Shown piece by piece: positions 17,805 through 27,162 of a stretch of DNA of 43,337 nt. The position numbers were made by a program, and so were the translations under genes. The DNA is from an uncultured bacterium. Lineage in GTDB: Bacteria > Abyssobacteria > SURF-5. Under the pieces are notes generated by a model. That model ran no database searches and was not told the DNA's origin. It was given only the letters and a program-made list of their open reading frames with translations. Location of the stretch: positions 3,758-47,094 of the forward strand of contig CAZEBC010000009.1 of NCBI GenBank assembly GCA_964510165.1. Direction: 5' to 3'. The first letter of the stretch is position 1. Every line of letters starts with the position of its first letter.

Positions 17805-18935
17805 TCAGTTTACCAATTCAGACGCATAGACGAGCTTGACGCCTTTTCTGTCGAACGCGGTAAACATCTGAGTCAACGCTTGTATGGTGGCGGGGTGAAC
17901 GTGACAGATGCCTATCGCCCGCCCCTTCGTTTCGGCTCTCTGAATCAACAGTTCAATGCGCTCCTCAATGTAGTCCACCCTCTTTTCGTTATCCAAAAAT
18001 ATGTCATTCTCCGCCGCTCGAAGGCCATAGCTCCTGGCAACCTCGTAAGCGACGGACTCGCTTGTCGTGCGGCTGTCTATGAAGAACAGGTCCCTCCTGG
18101 CGAGGTATCGCATCACCCTCGCCATCGCTATCGGGTCGGCGGTCATCTTCGAGCCTTGATGGTTGTTGACTCCGACTACAAAGGGTACGGATTCGAAATC
18201 TCTGTCCAGAGTCCACTGGAGCTGTTCATCGGTCATATCCTGCCCGATGAAGCCGGGATTGCGCCTGAGGTTTTCGCCCGGTTCCATCGGCAGGTGCATC
18301 ATCACCTCATACCCCATTTCATGGGCCACTTCGGCGATGCGCTTCGAGTGTCTGAGTTGGGGGAAAACAGATACCGTCATCGGCCTTCGCAGGCTCAGAA
18401 GTTCGAGCGCCCGGTCCAGATCATATCCTACATCGTCAACAATGAGAGCTACTCGAGGAGCCGGCGGCGCGGGAAGTGGTTTGGTAGCGTCACGCGGCGC
18501 ATGCTCCTGCCTGAGCAAAATCTGATAAACGGGCAAGTCCCGAAAATAAACCGTGAGCAGGAGTTCTTTGAACGATGAGTAATCCCTCTCGCTTTGCCGG
18601 ACGACCACACTCGTAATGGTCAGGTTGTCGAGGAATCTGTCGCGCAAGGCGTATATGGAATGCGTTTCATTGAGTGTGACGAGCACTTCGACCTGGTCCC
18701 ATTCGAGCTTGCCGTCGTTCTTGGAAACATGGTTCTTGCTCACCGCGGAGGCCGGCGTTTCTGCGGAAACCAGGGCGGCCGAGAAGGCCGAGTCAATCTC
18801 CTTTGTGAGTTGTCTCACATCGGTGACCCTTCCCAGTGTGAGCGAGGTCAGGTAATAGGTTCCCGCCAGAAGCGCGACCAGCGTCAGGAGGAGGATGGCC
18901 AGCCTTGTGTTCCTGTCAGGGGTCAATCGCAGCAC
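17805..18935 (-). CDS. Divergent polysaccharide deacetylase family protein with N-terminal membrane anchor
   Basis: IVDDVG, MMHLPMEP, NNHQGS, FFIDSRT, DIFLDN, IGICH. Confidence 0.92.
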   Translation of the reverse strand: MLRLTPDRNTRLAILLLTLVALLAGTYYLTSLTLGRVTDVRQLTKEIDSAFSAALVSAETPASAVSKNHVSKNDGKLEWDQVEVLVTLNETHSIYALRDRFLDNLTITSVVVRQSERDYSSFKELLLTVYFRDLPVYQILLRQEHAPRDATKPLPAPPAPRVALIVDDVGYDLDRALELLSLRRPMTVSVFPQLRHSKRIAEVAHEMGYEVMMHLPMEPGENLRRNPGFIGQDMTDEQLQWTLDRDFESVPFVVGVNNHQGSKMTADPIAMARVMRYLARRDLFFIDSRTTSESVAYEVARSYGLRAAENDIFLDNEKRVDYIEERIELLIQRAETKGRAIGICHVHPATIQALTQMFTAFDRKGVKLVYASELVN

Positions 18936-18999
18936 GATTTCATTCCCGATGGGCGCTGGTGCCCGAGGTTCTCGTGGGAGCGGAAAATGGGTTTTATGT

Positions 19000-19644
19000 T
19001 CAGGATATCTCGTCGGGGCCGAATGTTTGATTCGGTTGTACGTAAGACCTCATGGCGTGAGAAGGTCTCATCCATCGTGTGTCCGGGACCAACGGCCTCG
19101 TGAGGTCCAGATGCCCAGTCAGACTCTCTATTTCATTGCCTTCCAGCATGATTTTCACTTGCGTGACTCCGGGAAGATTTTCTGCCATGGTATTCACGAT
19201 GGAATAAACCGTCAAAAGTTCCCCGGCGGACCCACCGCTGTGATTAGCCTGGAGTTCATTGCTGAAATCCAACACCAGCATGCCGTCCAGATGATAGGCG
19301 TTGAGCAGTCTCGCGCCAGGTGGAATCGTAGGCTGAAGCTCTGCCGACTGGGGCCCCTTGACAAGCTCATCGAAGAGGCGTACCGCGGTCGCCGGGATAT
19401 TGCCGGAGAGCTCCACGCGGCGTTTTTCGGGAAGCAACGCGCCTGCCGCTTCATCCGCAAAGTAGAGCGTGATCTGCCGCTCCCGGGTCTTCTCCGGCAT
19501 CGGCTCAAAAGAGGTCAGAGAAGACGACTCGTCCGGCGCAAAAGCCAGTTCTCTCAGAATCCACAATCCCGATGCCAGCAGGAAAATTATGGCCAGCGCC
19601 CATGCCGCCACGAGCGCCATTTTCAACGAGCGCCCTTGAATCAA
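19000..19644 (-). CDS. GerMN domain-containing protein
   Basis: N-terminal TM; ITLYF, ELVKGP, TIPPG, LDFS, HSGGSAGELLTVYSIVNT, LTGHLD. Confidence 0.88.
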   Translation of the reverse strand: MIQGRSLKMALVAAWALAIIFLLASGLWILRELAFAPDESSSLTSFEPMPEKTRERQITLYFADEAAGALLPEKRRVELSGNIPATAVRLFDELVKGPQSAELQPTIPPGARLLNAYHLDGMLVLDFSNELQANHSGGSAGELLTVYSIVNTMAENLPGVTQVKIMLEGNEIESLTGHLDLTRPLVPDTRWMRPSHAMRSYVQPNQTFGPDEIS

Positions 19645-21197
19645 GGGTTCGGTGTCCTCTCCAGAAGCCCAAGCCTGGTGTCAAACCGTTCCTTGAAAGC
19701 CGCCACCGCTGCCGCAAGAGCTTCCGCGCATGCGTCCTTGAAATCGGCCGTCCTGAGCTTTGCTTCTTCAATCCGGTTTGATATGAAACCGACCTCCACG
19801 AGAATCGAGGGCATTGCGACGCCGGACAGCACGATGAATTTCGCCTGTCGGACACCGCGGTTGCGGGTGTTGAGCCGCTTCGCCAATTCCTCCTGGGCGA
19901 GGAATGCAAGCTCGCTGCTTTCAGAGATGAACTCGGTAAATTGAAGGTCCCACAGGATGGGCATGAGCGCCGGGTCCTTGGTATCGATTCCCTCGAGTTC
20001 GAGTTCGACGACCGCGTTCTCCAAGGCTTCGGTCGCCTCGGCGCCTGGGTCTGCCGCGTCAGAAATGTAATACGCCTCGAAGCCTCCAATTCTCCCGCTC
20101 TTGTGCGAATTGGTGTGAACACTGATAAAGAGGTCCGCGGGTGAACCGTCCTTGGCGCGGTTCGCGATGGCCGTGCGCTCTTTCAGAGAAACGAAATAAT
20201 CACCCGAACGGGTAAGCACGACGTTTATGTTGGCGCCGGCCTCGATTATCTCCTTCAGTTTCATCGCAATGTCAAGGGTAACATCTTTTTCCAGAAGCCC
20301 TCCACGACCTTGGGCACCGAAGTCTTTGCCGCCATGACCCGGGTCGATAACGATGGTTGTGAGCGAGGAACGGCGCGACGGTGAGAGCCGGGCGGAATCG
20401 TCCCATTTTTCGGCCGGTGTTAGGGCAGATGCGTCGTGGTAATCTGTGACTATAGTCGGCCTGGCGGGTCGGACGTCGATGACCATTCGAGGCGGGTCAT
20501 CGTGTTTCTGGATTTCGTACTCGATCTCATCAACTAAAGTATTCACCACAAGAGTAGCGCCAGTGGGCGTCTGGACGAGTTCGACCGACTTCACAACCCG
20601 GTCGCCGACCTCGAAAGGCTCTTTGATCTGAGCGAAACGCGAACGGGGAATCTCAATTTTCAGACGGTATTGGTCTTCGATGCAGTTGATCTCCGCCTCC
20701 TGTACGCCCGGCCCGTCGGACACATTGACGACCAGGCGCGTGAAACGGGGGTAGGAGATGTACCGGATATTCTGTATGAGGATGATGTCGCCGTTTCCCG
20801 CCAGACCGTGAGAGAGCAGCCCGGCCGAGGCTATCTCGCCGGGAGTCACCGCGCGTCCGAGCAGCCGCGAAAACATCGTCGCGGCGTCGGAAAGGAGCAT
20901 GCTGACGGTCCCGTTGTCTGCCTCGACGGGGGAGGTCAGAACCACAAGATAGTCATCAACCATCAATCGATTGGTCCCAATGAGGATTTCGGCGCGATGG
21001 TCTTGATAAGCAAGTGACAACCTTCCTTCCGCCGGTTTCCAGGAGGTCGTCGCTCCGAAGTGGCGGGCAGCTTCGGGAATAGCGACCGTTTCCGAATCTT
21101 GCGTACGAGAAGGATAAGATTCGGCAAGAGATTGAGGAGAGAAAAGAAGAGACGGAATAAAACAAAACAGAATCAGAACAACCTTGGATCTCAGCAA
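19641..21197 (-). CDS. N-acetylmuramoyl-L-alanine amidase (Amidase_3, AmiC-like, with AMIN-like and N-terminal extra domains)
   Basis: Signal peptide; IDPGHGG, EKDV, ISVHTN and LVEVGF retain the H/E/H/E catalytic set; PPRMVID AMIN-like motif. Confidence 0.92.
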   Translation of the reverse strand: MLRSKVVLILFCFIPSLLFSPQSLAESYPSRTQDSETVAIPEAARHFGATTSWKPAEGRLSLAYQDHRAEILIGTNRLMVDDYLVVLTSPVEADNGTVSMLLSDAATMFSRLLGRAVTPGEIASAGLLSHGLAGNGDIILIQNIRYISYPRFTRLVVNVSDGPGVQEAEINCIEDQYRLKIEIPRSRFAQIKEPFEVGDRVVKSVELVQTPTGATLVVNTLVDEIEYEIQKHDDPPRMVIDVRPARPTIVTDYHDASALTPAEKWDDSARLSPSRRSSLTTIVIDPGHGGKDFGAQGRGGLLEKDVTLDIAMKLKEIIEAGANINVVLTRSGDYFVSLKERTAIANRAKDGSPADLFISVHTNSHKSGRIGGFEAYYISDAADPGAEATEALENAVVELELEGIDTKDPALMPILWDLQFTEFISESSELAFLAQEELAKRLNTRNRGVRQAKFIVLSGVAMPSILVEVGFISNRIEEAKLRTADFKDACAEALAAAVAAFKERFDTRLGLLERTPNP

Positions 21198-21234
21198 GAA
21201 GACCTCTCTTTATGAAGCTGTCCCCCAGCTATTC

Positions 21235-21587
21235 GGTGGAGGCGGGGGGAATCGAACCCCCGTCCAGAGATATCGCCTCGTGGGCTTCTACATGCTTATC
21301 CCGCGTCTTGGTTCTCGCAACTTGTGACTCCCGCGAGAGGGATTCACAAGCCGCCAGCCCGATGAATTTCGCGCCGGCGACCCAGGCATTTCGCCGATGC
21401 TATCCTGCTGGTCGACGGCCGTTCCCGGTTCGCAGGAAAACCGGAAGAGCCGGGTGGCCTAGATTAGGCCGCCATTGCGAGCTGTGGCTCTGCAATTACA
21501 TTTAGGTCCCGCCCGTTTAACGAGTGGCCGGGGAGCTCGGCATGCCGCCCAGGAACCAATTATCCCTGTCGAACCCATTTCGCCCCC
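21235..21587 (-). ncRNA. ssrA: tmRNA; tag ORF 21464-21493 encodes AEPQLAMAA*
   Basis: 5' GGGGGCG pairs with 3' CGCCTCC-A including the G3.U wobble; T-arm GGGGG-TTCGATT-CCCCC; about 353 nt; directly downstream of smpB. Confidence 0.97.
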
Positions 21588-21593
21588 TTTAAA

Positions 21594-22049
21594 TTATTGT
21601 TTTCTCGTCTTGAATTCCCGCTCGATCTCCCGATCGGCGTCTCTTCTCTTGATCTGCTCGCGCTTATCGTACTGCTTCTTTCCGCGGGCAAGCGCAAGTT
21701 CCACCTTCGCGCGTCCCCGAACAAAGTATATCTTCAGGGGAACCAGCGTAAGGCCTCGTTCTTCAGTCTTTCCGCGCAGGCGCTTGATTTCGGACTTATG
21801 CAACAACAATTTTCTTTCGCGCAACGGCTCATGGTTCTGTATGTTTCCGTGCGAATAAGGACTTATGTGCGAATTCACGAGGAAAACTTCACCGTTTTCA
21901 ACCCTCGCGTAGCTGTCCTTGAGGTTGACACGACCCTCGCGAAGCGACTTCACCTCTGTCCCCGTGAGCGCCATGCCCGCCTCGAAAGATTCCAGTATCT
22001 CGTAGTCGTGTCTGGCCTTGCGGTTTATCGCAATGATTTTTTCGCCCAT
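21594..22049 (-). CDS. smpB: SsrA-binding protein
   Basis: [33 protein letters not shown]. Confidence 0.98.
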   Translation of the reverse strand: MGEKIIAINRKARHDYEILESFEAGMALTGTEVKSLREGRVNLKDSYARVENGEVFLVNSHISPYSHGNIQNHEPLRERKLLLHKSEIKRLRGKTEERGLTLVPLKIYFVRGRAKVELALARGKKQYDKREQIKRRDADREIEREFKTRKQ

Positions 22050-22059
22050 ATCCTAGTTA

Positions 22060-22088
22060 ATAATACCACAAAATCCGCAGGAACTCAA
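22060..22088 (-). promoter_or_regulatory. Sigma70 promoter of smpB-ssrA
   Basis: TTGAGT-17 nt-TATTAT with a TGTG extension; the -10 ends 10 nt before the ATG. Confidence 0.55.
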
Positions 22089-22144
22089 GGGTTTTCGGAG
22101 GAGAGGCAATCAGATAAGATATTGGAATTACAAGCTTTACATGA

Positions 22145-22948
22145 TTACATTTGGCCCGGGAATAGTTCCCAGTATGCCTCCAGGTTCACATGCGAAATCG
22201 CATCCTGAACGAGTTTTTCGTTCTGAGACTCAAAGGAAACCACGACTGTTCCGGCGCTTCGGACAATCTTATGAAAGATTGGGGATCGTTCAGCCGCCAG
22301 GCAGCGCGCGAAGCGGTCCGCATTGTCGGACGTGCTGCAATTGAAGTACCTGAGTTTGATCTTTGCCCGAGCGACGATGAACTCCTGAACGAGGGAACTC
22401 TGAGGCTTGACGTCACATTCCTGTTCCAGTTCCACAAGGTCCTCCGGCAAGAGATAGTACTCATGCATGAGCGCCCAGCCCTCGGGCAGAAGCTGGGTCT
22501 TGATCTTGATGTAATGAACGGGGTCTGCACTGAACAGGGAAGCCAAGGTCTGCCACATACTCAAGCTGTTTGTCGCTATTTGCACGATTACGCCGTCCTT
22601 CATGAGGACAAAGCTCTTGTGACCTTCCCACTCAATGGTCCTTGAATATCCATAATTGCGCCATTTTTCGTCCTTAACAAATATGTAGCTGACCATCGCT
22701 TGTTCGGTCTGATAAATCAGCTTCTGACTGACGACAGCGTCGAGGGGAAAGCCGACTCGTGTCCGCACATTGAAAGTCTGTTCGCGCGTGGCGCGCACAT
22801 CACTGAGGATTGTCATGCCGGAGGGCAGTGATTCCGGTTTAAGCTTCACTTCGGAGATGGGGTCTTCGCCATGCGGGTCGGCGGTCCAGGCCGTCTGGGC
22901 AGCCGCGAGCCACAGCAACAATGCCAGTAAGAGATCCTTCTTCCTCAT
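22145..22948 (-). CDS. Secreted hypothetical protein with an apparent two-fold internal repeat
   Basis: GGAAGGAG RBS; signal peptide MRKKDLLLALLLWLAAAQTAWTA; ATG overlaps the radical SAM stop (ATGA). Confidence 0.8.
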   Translation of the reverse strand: MRKKDLLLALLLWLAAAQTAWTADPHGEDPISEVKLKPESLPSGMTILSDVRATREQTFNVRTRVGFPLDAVVSQKLIYQTEQAMVSYIFVKDEKWRNYGYSRTIEWEGHKSFVLMKDGVIVQIATNSLSMWQTLASLFSADPVHYIKIKTQLLPEGWALMHEYYLLPEDLVELEQECDVKPQSSLVQEFIVARAKIKLRYFNCSTSDNADRFARCLAAERSPIFHKIVRSAGTVVVSFESQNEKLVQDAISHVNLEAYWELFPGQM

Positions 22949-24591
22949 GTCTCCTTCCTTGCTGTTTTCAGTCTCCGGTATGACGGCGGCTCGATGGTAT
23001 GCCACGGATGCATCTCATCTTCCGCCTGGGAGGCGGCAGACCTTTCAATCATTTCTCGGAATTCGTTCATGGCTTGAGCAACGGTTCTTCCAGAGGCAAT
23101 GCGTTCCACGAGCCTGGAGGTCCGCCTGTCCCCTCGCGCGAATGCGCATTGGAGCCGGGCCATGCGCGGGCTCTCGGCAATGAGAGCGGTATTGGGAATG
23201 CGGGCCAGTCCCCGATGCAGTATCCCCATGCGCCTTGTCAATGCGGCTGAATCGGCAAACATGGCGGATTCCAGAGGAGTAAACGGTTTCGGGACAAACG
23301 GGTTCACGCTGATGGTGAGTCTCCCCATCTTGTCAAGCCGTTTTGCCGCGTCGCGCATGCTTCCGGAGATGCAGGCCGCAAGGTCCACGATGGCATGCAC
23401 ATTGTCGTCGTCCTCACCCGGGACGCCTATCATAAAATAGAGTCTGAAATTGACAATCCGGCGCTCCAAAGCCATGCCGACCGCCCTAAGCAGCGCATCG
23501 AGGGTGATCCTTTTCCCGGTTAGCGCTTGAAGGTGTTCCGATGCCACTTCGGGCGCGAGCGTTAGCGTGCGCTGTTCGGCTTCCTTCATTCCGGCAAGCA
23601 GGTCGTCGGTTATTGCGTCAGCCCTGACAGAAGAGACCGAGAACCCGAAGCCTTTATTCAAGAGGAAGGCGAGTAATTCGCGGTGTTGTGGATAGTCCGA
23701 GAGGTCGGACGTGACAAGTCCCACCCTCTTGGCGAGAGGTTCCGCTTTCAGTATTTGTCGTTTGAGCAAATCGAGCGACCGGACTCGCATGAGATAGGTG
23801 TAGCAGGCGGAGCAGAACTTGCACCCTCGGCGACACCCGCGCCCTATCTCCACGAGAAACATGTCTGCGAATTCGGTGTTCGGCGTCAGGATCACTGACG
23901 CGCACGGATAGTCATCGAGGTTTCGAACGATGCGTCCGCGTACCGGCAAGTCAGGCGCACGCGCGGTCTTGGGGGTCATCCCGGTCAACTTGCCGCCGTC
24001 CGCATAGACGGGACGGTACAACGAGGGAACATAGGCCCCCGGTATCTCGGCGAGCGCAAGAAGCATGGATTCTCGTTTTACGTCTCGGGCGCGACAGTCG
24101 GAGTAGGCATCCACAATCTGATTAATGAGTTCTTCGCCCTCTCCTATGGCGCAGAGGTCGATGAACTCGGCGAGCGGCTCAGGATTGGAAAACATACATG
24201 GTCCACCCGCGATGACCAGGGGATGCGATTCATCCCTTTGTTCAGAGCGGAGGGGAAGTCGCGCGGCAAGCAGCGCCTTGACGACGTTCGGATAATCGAG
24301 TTCGAACGCGACGGAAAAGGCAATGATGTCAAAGTTGCCAAGAGGCGTGCCGGATTCGAGGGACCGTCCAAGGAGTGGCTCCTCACAGAAACTTCGCTCG
24401 CAGAGGCAATCGTTTCTGGAATTCAGGAGCGAGTAAAGGGAGTGAACCGCCAGGTTCGACATGCCCACATGATACGTGTTCGGAAAGACGAGGCAGACCC
24501 TGAGGCGGGCGGTCTTCTTCACAGTCAAACCGCGCTCCGCGGAGAGGACTCCCCTGCGATACTTCTGTAATTGCTCCGGGCTTTTTTTCAT
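22945..24591 (-). CDS. B12-binding-domain-type radical SAM protein
   Basis: FPNTYHVGMSNL, AGGP...NPEP, IGEGE, EIGRGCRRGCKFC, TLAPE, YFMIGVPGE, FVPKPFTP. Confidence 0.88.
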   Translation of the reverse strand: MKKSPEQLQKYRRGVLSAERGLTVKKTARLRVCLVFPNTYHVGMSNLAVHSLYSLLNSRNDCLCERSFCEEPLLGRSLESGTPLGNFDIIAFSVAFELDYPNVVKALLAARLPLRSEQRDESHPLVIAGGPCMFSNPEPLAEFIDLCAIGEGEELINQIVDAYSDCRARDVKRESMLLALAEIPGAYVPSLYRPVYADGGKLTGMTPKTARAPDLPVRGRIVRNLDDYPCASVILTPNTEFADMFLVEIGRGCRRGCKFCSACYTYLMRVRSLDLLKRQILKAEPLAKRVGLVTSDLSDYPQHRELLAFLLNKGFGFSVSSVRADAITDDLLAGMKEAEQRTLTLAPEVASEHLQALTGKRITLDALLRAVGMALERRIVNFRLYFMIGVPGEDDDNVHAIVDLAACISGSMRDAAKRLDKMGRLTISVNPFVPKPFTPLESAMFADSAALTRRMGILHRGLARIPNTALIAESPRMARLQCAFARGDRRTSRLVERIASGRTVAQAMNEFREMIERSAASQAEDEMHPWHTIEPPSYRRLKTARKET

Positions 24592-24623
24592 TCATCCTGA
24601 GGCTCGGCGCGAGGGACACCGCT

Positions 24624-25829
24624 TTATCCGATTTTTCCCTGCTCGCCGGTCCCTGCCTTCTGCAATCCTTTTCGGCGAATGAACGTCGGTATCTCATAGT
24701 TCTCTTTGAGAATCTTCTCGCTGCAGCTCTTTGCTGCGACCACCCTGGGCCTCTTGCCCTCGCCGATTCTGACAAAGGCCGGCGTGCTCGCGAGTTCCTC
24801 AAGAGAGAACATCTCCATCGTCTTGCCCAACTCGGCGGGAACGGCGCCCTTCGACCGCTCTTCCTCGGTCTGGAAGCCCGTGGCGATGACCGTTACCTTG
24901 ATCTCATCAGTCAGGTCGGGATCGATGACCGCTCCGAAGATGACGTTGGCCTCGCGGTCGGCGGCCTTGGAAACGATGGTTGCGGCCTCATTGACTTCAT
25001 AAAGCGACAGGTTCGCGCCGCCCACTATGTTTATGATAACCCCCTTGGCGCCGCTCATATCGGAACTCTCCAGGAGCGGCGAGGAGATGGCCTTCTTGGC
25101 GGCCTTCAGGGCGCGATCCTCTCCGGAAGCCGCGCCGACGCCCATGAGCGCGGAACCGGTGTTGGACATGATGCGGCGAACGTCATTGAGATCGAGGTTG
25201 ATCAGGCCGGTCATGGTGATGAGGCCCGAAATACATTCGACGCCCTGCCTCAGGATATCGTCGGCCATTCGAAACGCCTCGACTATGCTGGTGTGCTTGT
25301 TAATCATCTCCACTTCAAGCAACTTCTGGTTGGGGACGACGATGAGTGTGTCTACGTTCTTTCGCAGTTCCTCTATTCCAGCCTTGGCATTATCGTGACG
25401 CGGCTTTCCCTCGAAACTGAACGGCTTGGTGACGATGCCGACAGTCAACGCGCCGAGACTCTTGGCAACCTCTGCGATTACAGGTCCCGCGCCCGTTCCC
25501 GTTCCGCCTCCGAACCCGCCGGTCACAAACACCATCTCCGCTCCTGTCAGGGTTTCCCGGATCAGGTCAACGTCTTCGAGCGCGGCCTGCCGCCCTGTCT
25601 CGGGGTTGCCGCCGGAGCCCCGCCCTTTCGTCAGAACCGCTCCGATTTGCATTTTGATGGGAGCCCTCGAACGCTCAAGCGCCTGGGCGTCGGTATTGAC
25701 AGCTATGAATTCGACCCCGCCGATCCGGGCCTCGATCATGTGGTCGACCGCGTTGCTGCCTCCGCCGCCGACTCCTATCACAATAAGACGCCCGCCAATG
25801 TTGGGTTCGTTGATAAACTCGAAAGCCAT
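24624..25829 (-). CDS. ftsZ: Cell division protein FtsZ
   Basis: GVGGGGSNAV, NTDAQAL, GGGTGTG, INLD, VIATGF, IPTFIRR; AGGAG RBS before ATG 25829. Confidence 0.98.
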   Translation of the reverse strand: MAFEFINEPNIGGRLIVIGVGGGGSNAVDHMIEARIGGVEFIAVNTDAQALERSRAPIKMQIGAVLTKGRGSGGNPETGRQAALEDVDLIRETLTGAEMVFVTGGFGGGTGTGAGPVIAEVAKSLGALTVGIVTKPFSFEGKPRHDNAKAGIEELRKNVDTLIVVPNQKLLEVEMINKHTSIVEAFRMADDILRQGVECISGLITMTGLINLDLNDVRRIMSNTGSALMGVGAASGEDRALKAAKKAISSPLLESSDMSGAKGVIINIVGGANLSLYEVNEAATIVSKAADREANVIFGAVIDPDLTDEIKVTVIATGFQTEEERSKGAVPAELGKTMEMFSLEELASTPAFVRIGEGKRPRVVAAKSCSEKILKENYEIPTFIRRKGLQKAGTGEQGKIG

Positions 25830-25852
25830 ATTAGCACTCCTTCCCGGAATGT

Positions 25853-27094
25853 TTACAGCGTGGTTCGCACCCAATTGCCAACGCGTCCGAAGAGCCTTCC
25901 CATTGTGCCGATTACCCCGGTGCGCAACGTTTCCCTTCCACTCCGCTGACACAGCCCATACCGCGCCAGCCCCGTCACCGTCGAGTATGTGGTATCGTCC
26001 AGGAGCTTGAACTCGTCAAGGTTGGCCATGTAGCGGGGTTTTCCCAACCTCACCGGGCACCCGAATATCTCTTCGGTCATCTCGACAATTCCCGGCAGTA
26101 GCGCAGCGCCTCCCGTGAGCACGACACCGCTGGCGATAAGCTCGGCATAGCCCGTGTACTGGATTTCCATATGTATGAGCCGCATGAGTTCGTCCATACG
26201 ATATTCGATTATCTCGATCATCTCCCGAAGCGGGACCTCGCGGTCACGCCGGTCGCCCACGCTCGGAACGGGTATGACCTCTCCGTTTCTGACCATGGAG
26301 AGAAGGGCGCAGCCGTGCTGCTTCTTTATGATTTCCGCCTTATCATGAGGCGTGCGCAATCCGAGCGAGATATCGCGCGTGACGTGTTCACCGCCGAGCG
26401 TGATGACCTCGCTATGGCGCACCGACCCATTAAGATAGATCAATATGTCCGAGGTGCCGCCGCCCAGGTCAATCATTGCAACGCCCAGGTCCTTCTCATC
26501 GTCAGTGAGGACCGATTCGGCCGCGGCGAGGGGCTCGAGGACTATTCCCTCGACGTCAAAGCCGGTGCGGTTGATGCTCTTGACCAGGTTCTGAACTGAG
26601 GTGACCGCTCCAGTAATGATGTGAACGTCGACCTCCAGACGAACCCCAAGCATGCCTACCGGATCGCGAATCCCGTCTTGCCCATCAATGATGAATCCGT
26701 AAGGAAGCACGTGGATCACTTCTCTGTCGATGGGGATCGCGACGGCCTTGGCCGCGTCGATGGCGCGGCGAACGTCGTCCTGCGTAATCTCCCTGTCGTG
26801 CCGGGACACGCCGGTCATCCCGCGGCTGTTCAAGCTCTTAATGTGGCCGCCCGAAATACCGACCACGATGGAGTTGACGCCCAAGCCCGCCTGGTTCTCG
26901 GCTTCCTCGATGGCTTGCTGGATCGCCGTGATCGTCTTTTCGACGTTTATGACCGTCCCTCTTTTGAGACCCTCAGACCTGCTCTCGCCGAATCCGAGCG
27001 CCCTTATGGTCTGATCAGGGCCGGGTTCGCCAATGAAGGCGCAGACTTTACTTGTCCCCACGTCCAGAGCCGCTATCGGAGTGTCTTTCGCCAT
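25853..27094 (-). CDS. ftsA: Cell division protein FtsA
   Basis: LDVGTSKV, IDLGGGT, GGEHVTRDI, VLTGGAA, C-terminal amphipathic helix; start at ATG 27094. Confidence 0.97.
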   Translation of the reverse strand: MAKDTPIAALDVGTSKVCAFIGEPGPDQTIRALGFGESRSEGLKRGTVINVEKTITAIQQAIEEAENQAGLGVNSIVVGISGGHIKSLNSRGMTGVSRHDREITQDDVRRAIDAAKAVAIPIDREVIHVLPYGFIIDGQDGIRDPVGMLGVRLEVDVHIITGAVTSVQNLVKSINRTGFDVEGIVLEPLAAAESVLTDDEKDLGVAMIDLGGGTSDILIYLNGSVRHSEVITLGGEHVTRDISLGLRTPHDKAEIIKKQHGCALLSMVRNGEVIPVPSVGDRRDREVPLREMIEIIEYRMDELMRLIHMEIQYTGYAELIASGVVLTGGAALLPGIVEMTEEIFGCPVRLGKPRYMANLDEFKLLDDTTYSTVTGLARYGLCQRSGRETLRTGVIGTMGRLFGRVGNWVRTTL

Positions 27095-27162
27095 ACTCGC
27101 CCCCTTCACCTGCCTTTCCGCTCTGCTCCCGCTTGCCTGCCAGTTCCGTTCCGCCTGGTGTT

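Noticed and set aside
21235-21275. tRNA-like T-arm and acceptor sequence, as a separate tRNA or prophage att site
   Set aside because: It is the 3' end of the tmRNA; no second copy or integrase in the window.
22090-22145. AT-rich patch considered as a dif site or terminator
   Set aside because: No XerC/XerD consensus and no GC stem with a U-tract.
25830-25952. Long N-terminal extensions in the ORF track for ftsZ (also ftsA, murD, murF, dusB, GT2, VOC)
   Set aside because: They overlap upstream genes or promoters; downstream starts fit the RBS position or family N-termini better.
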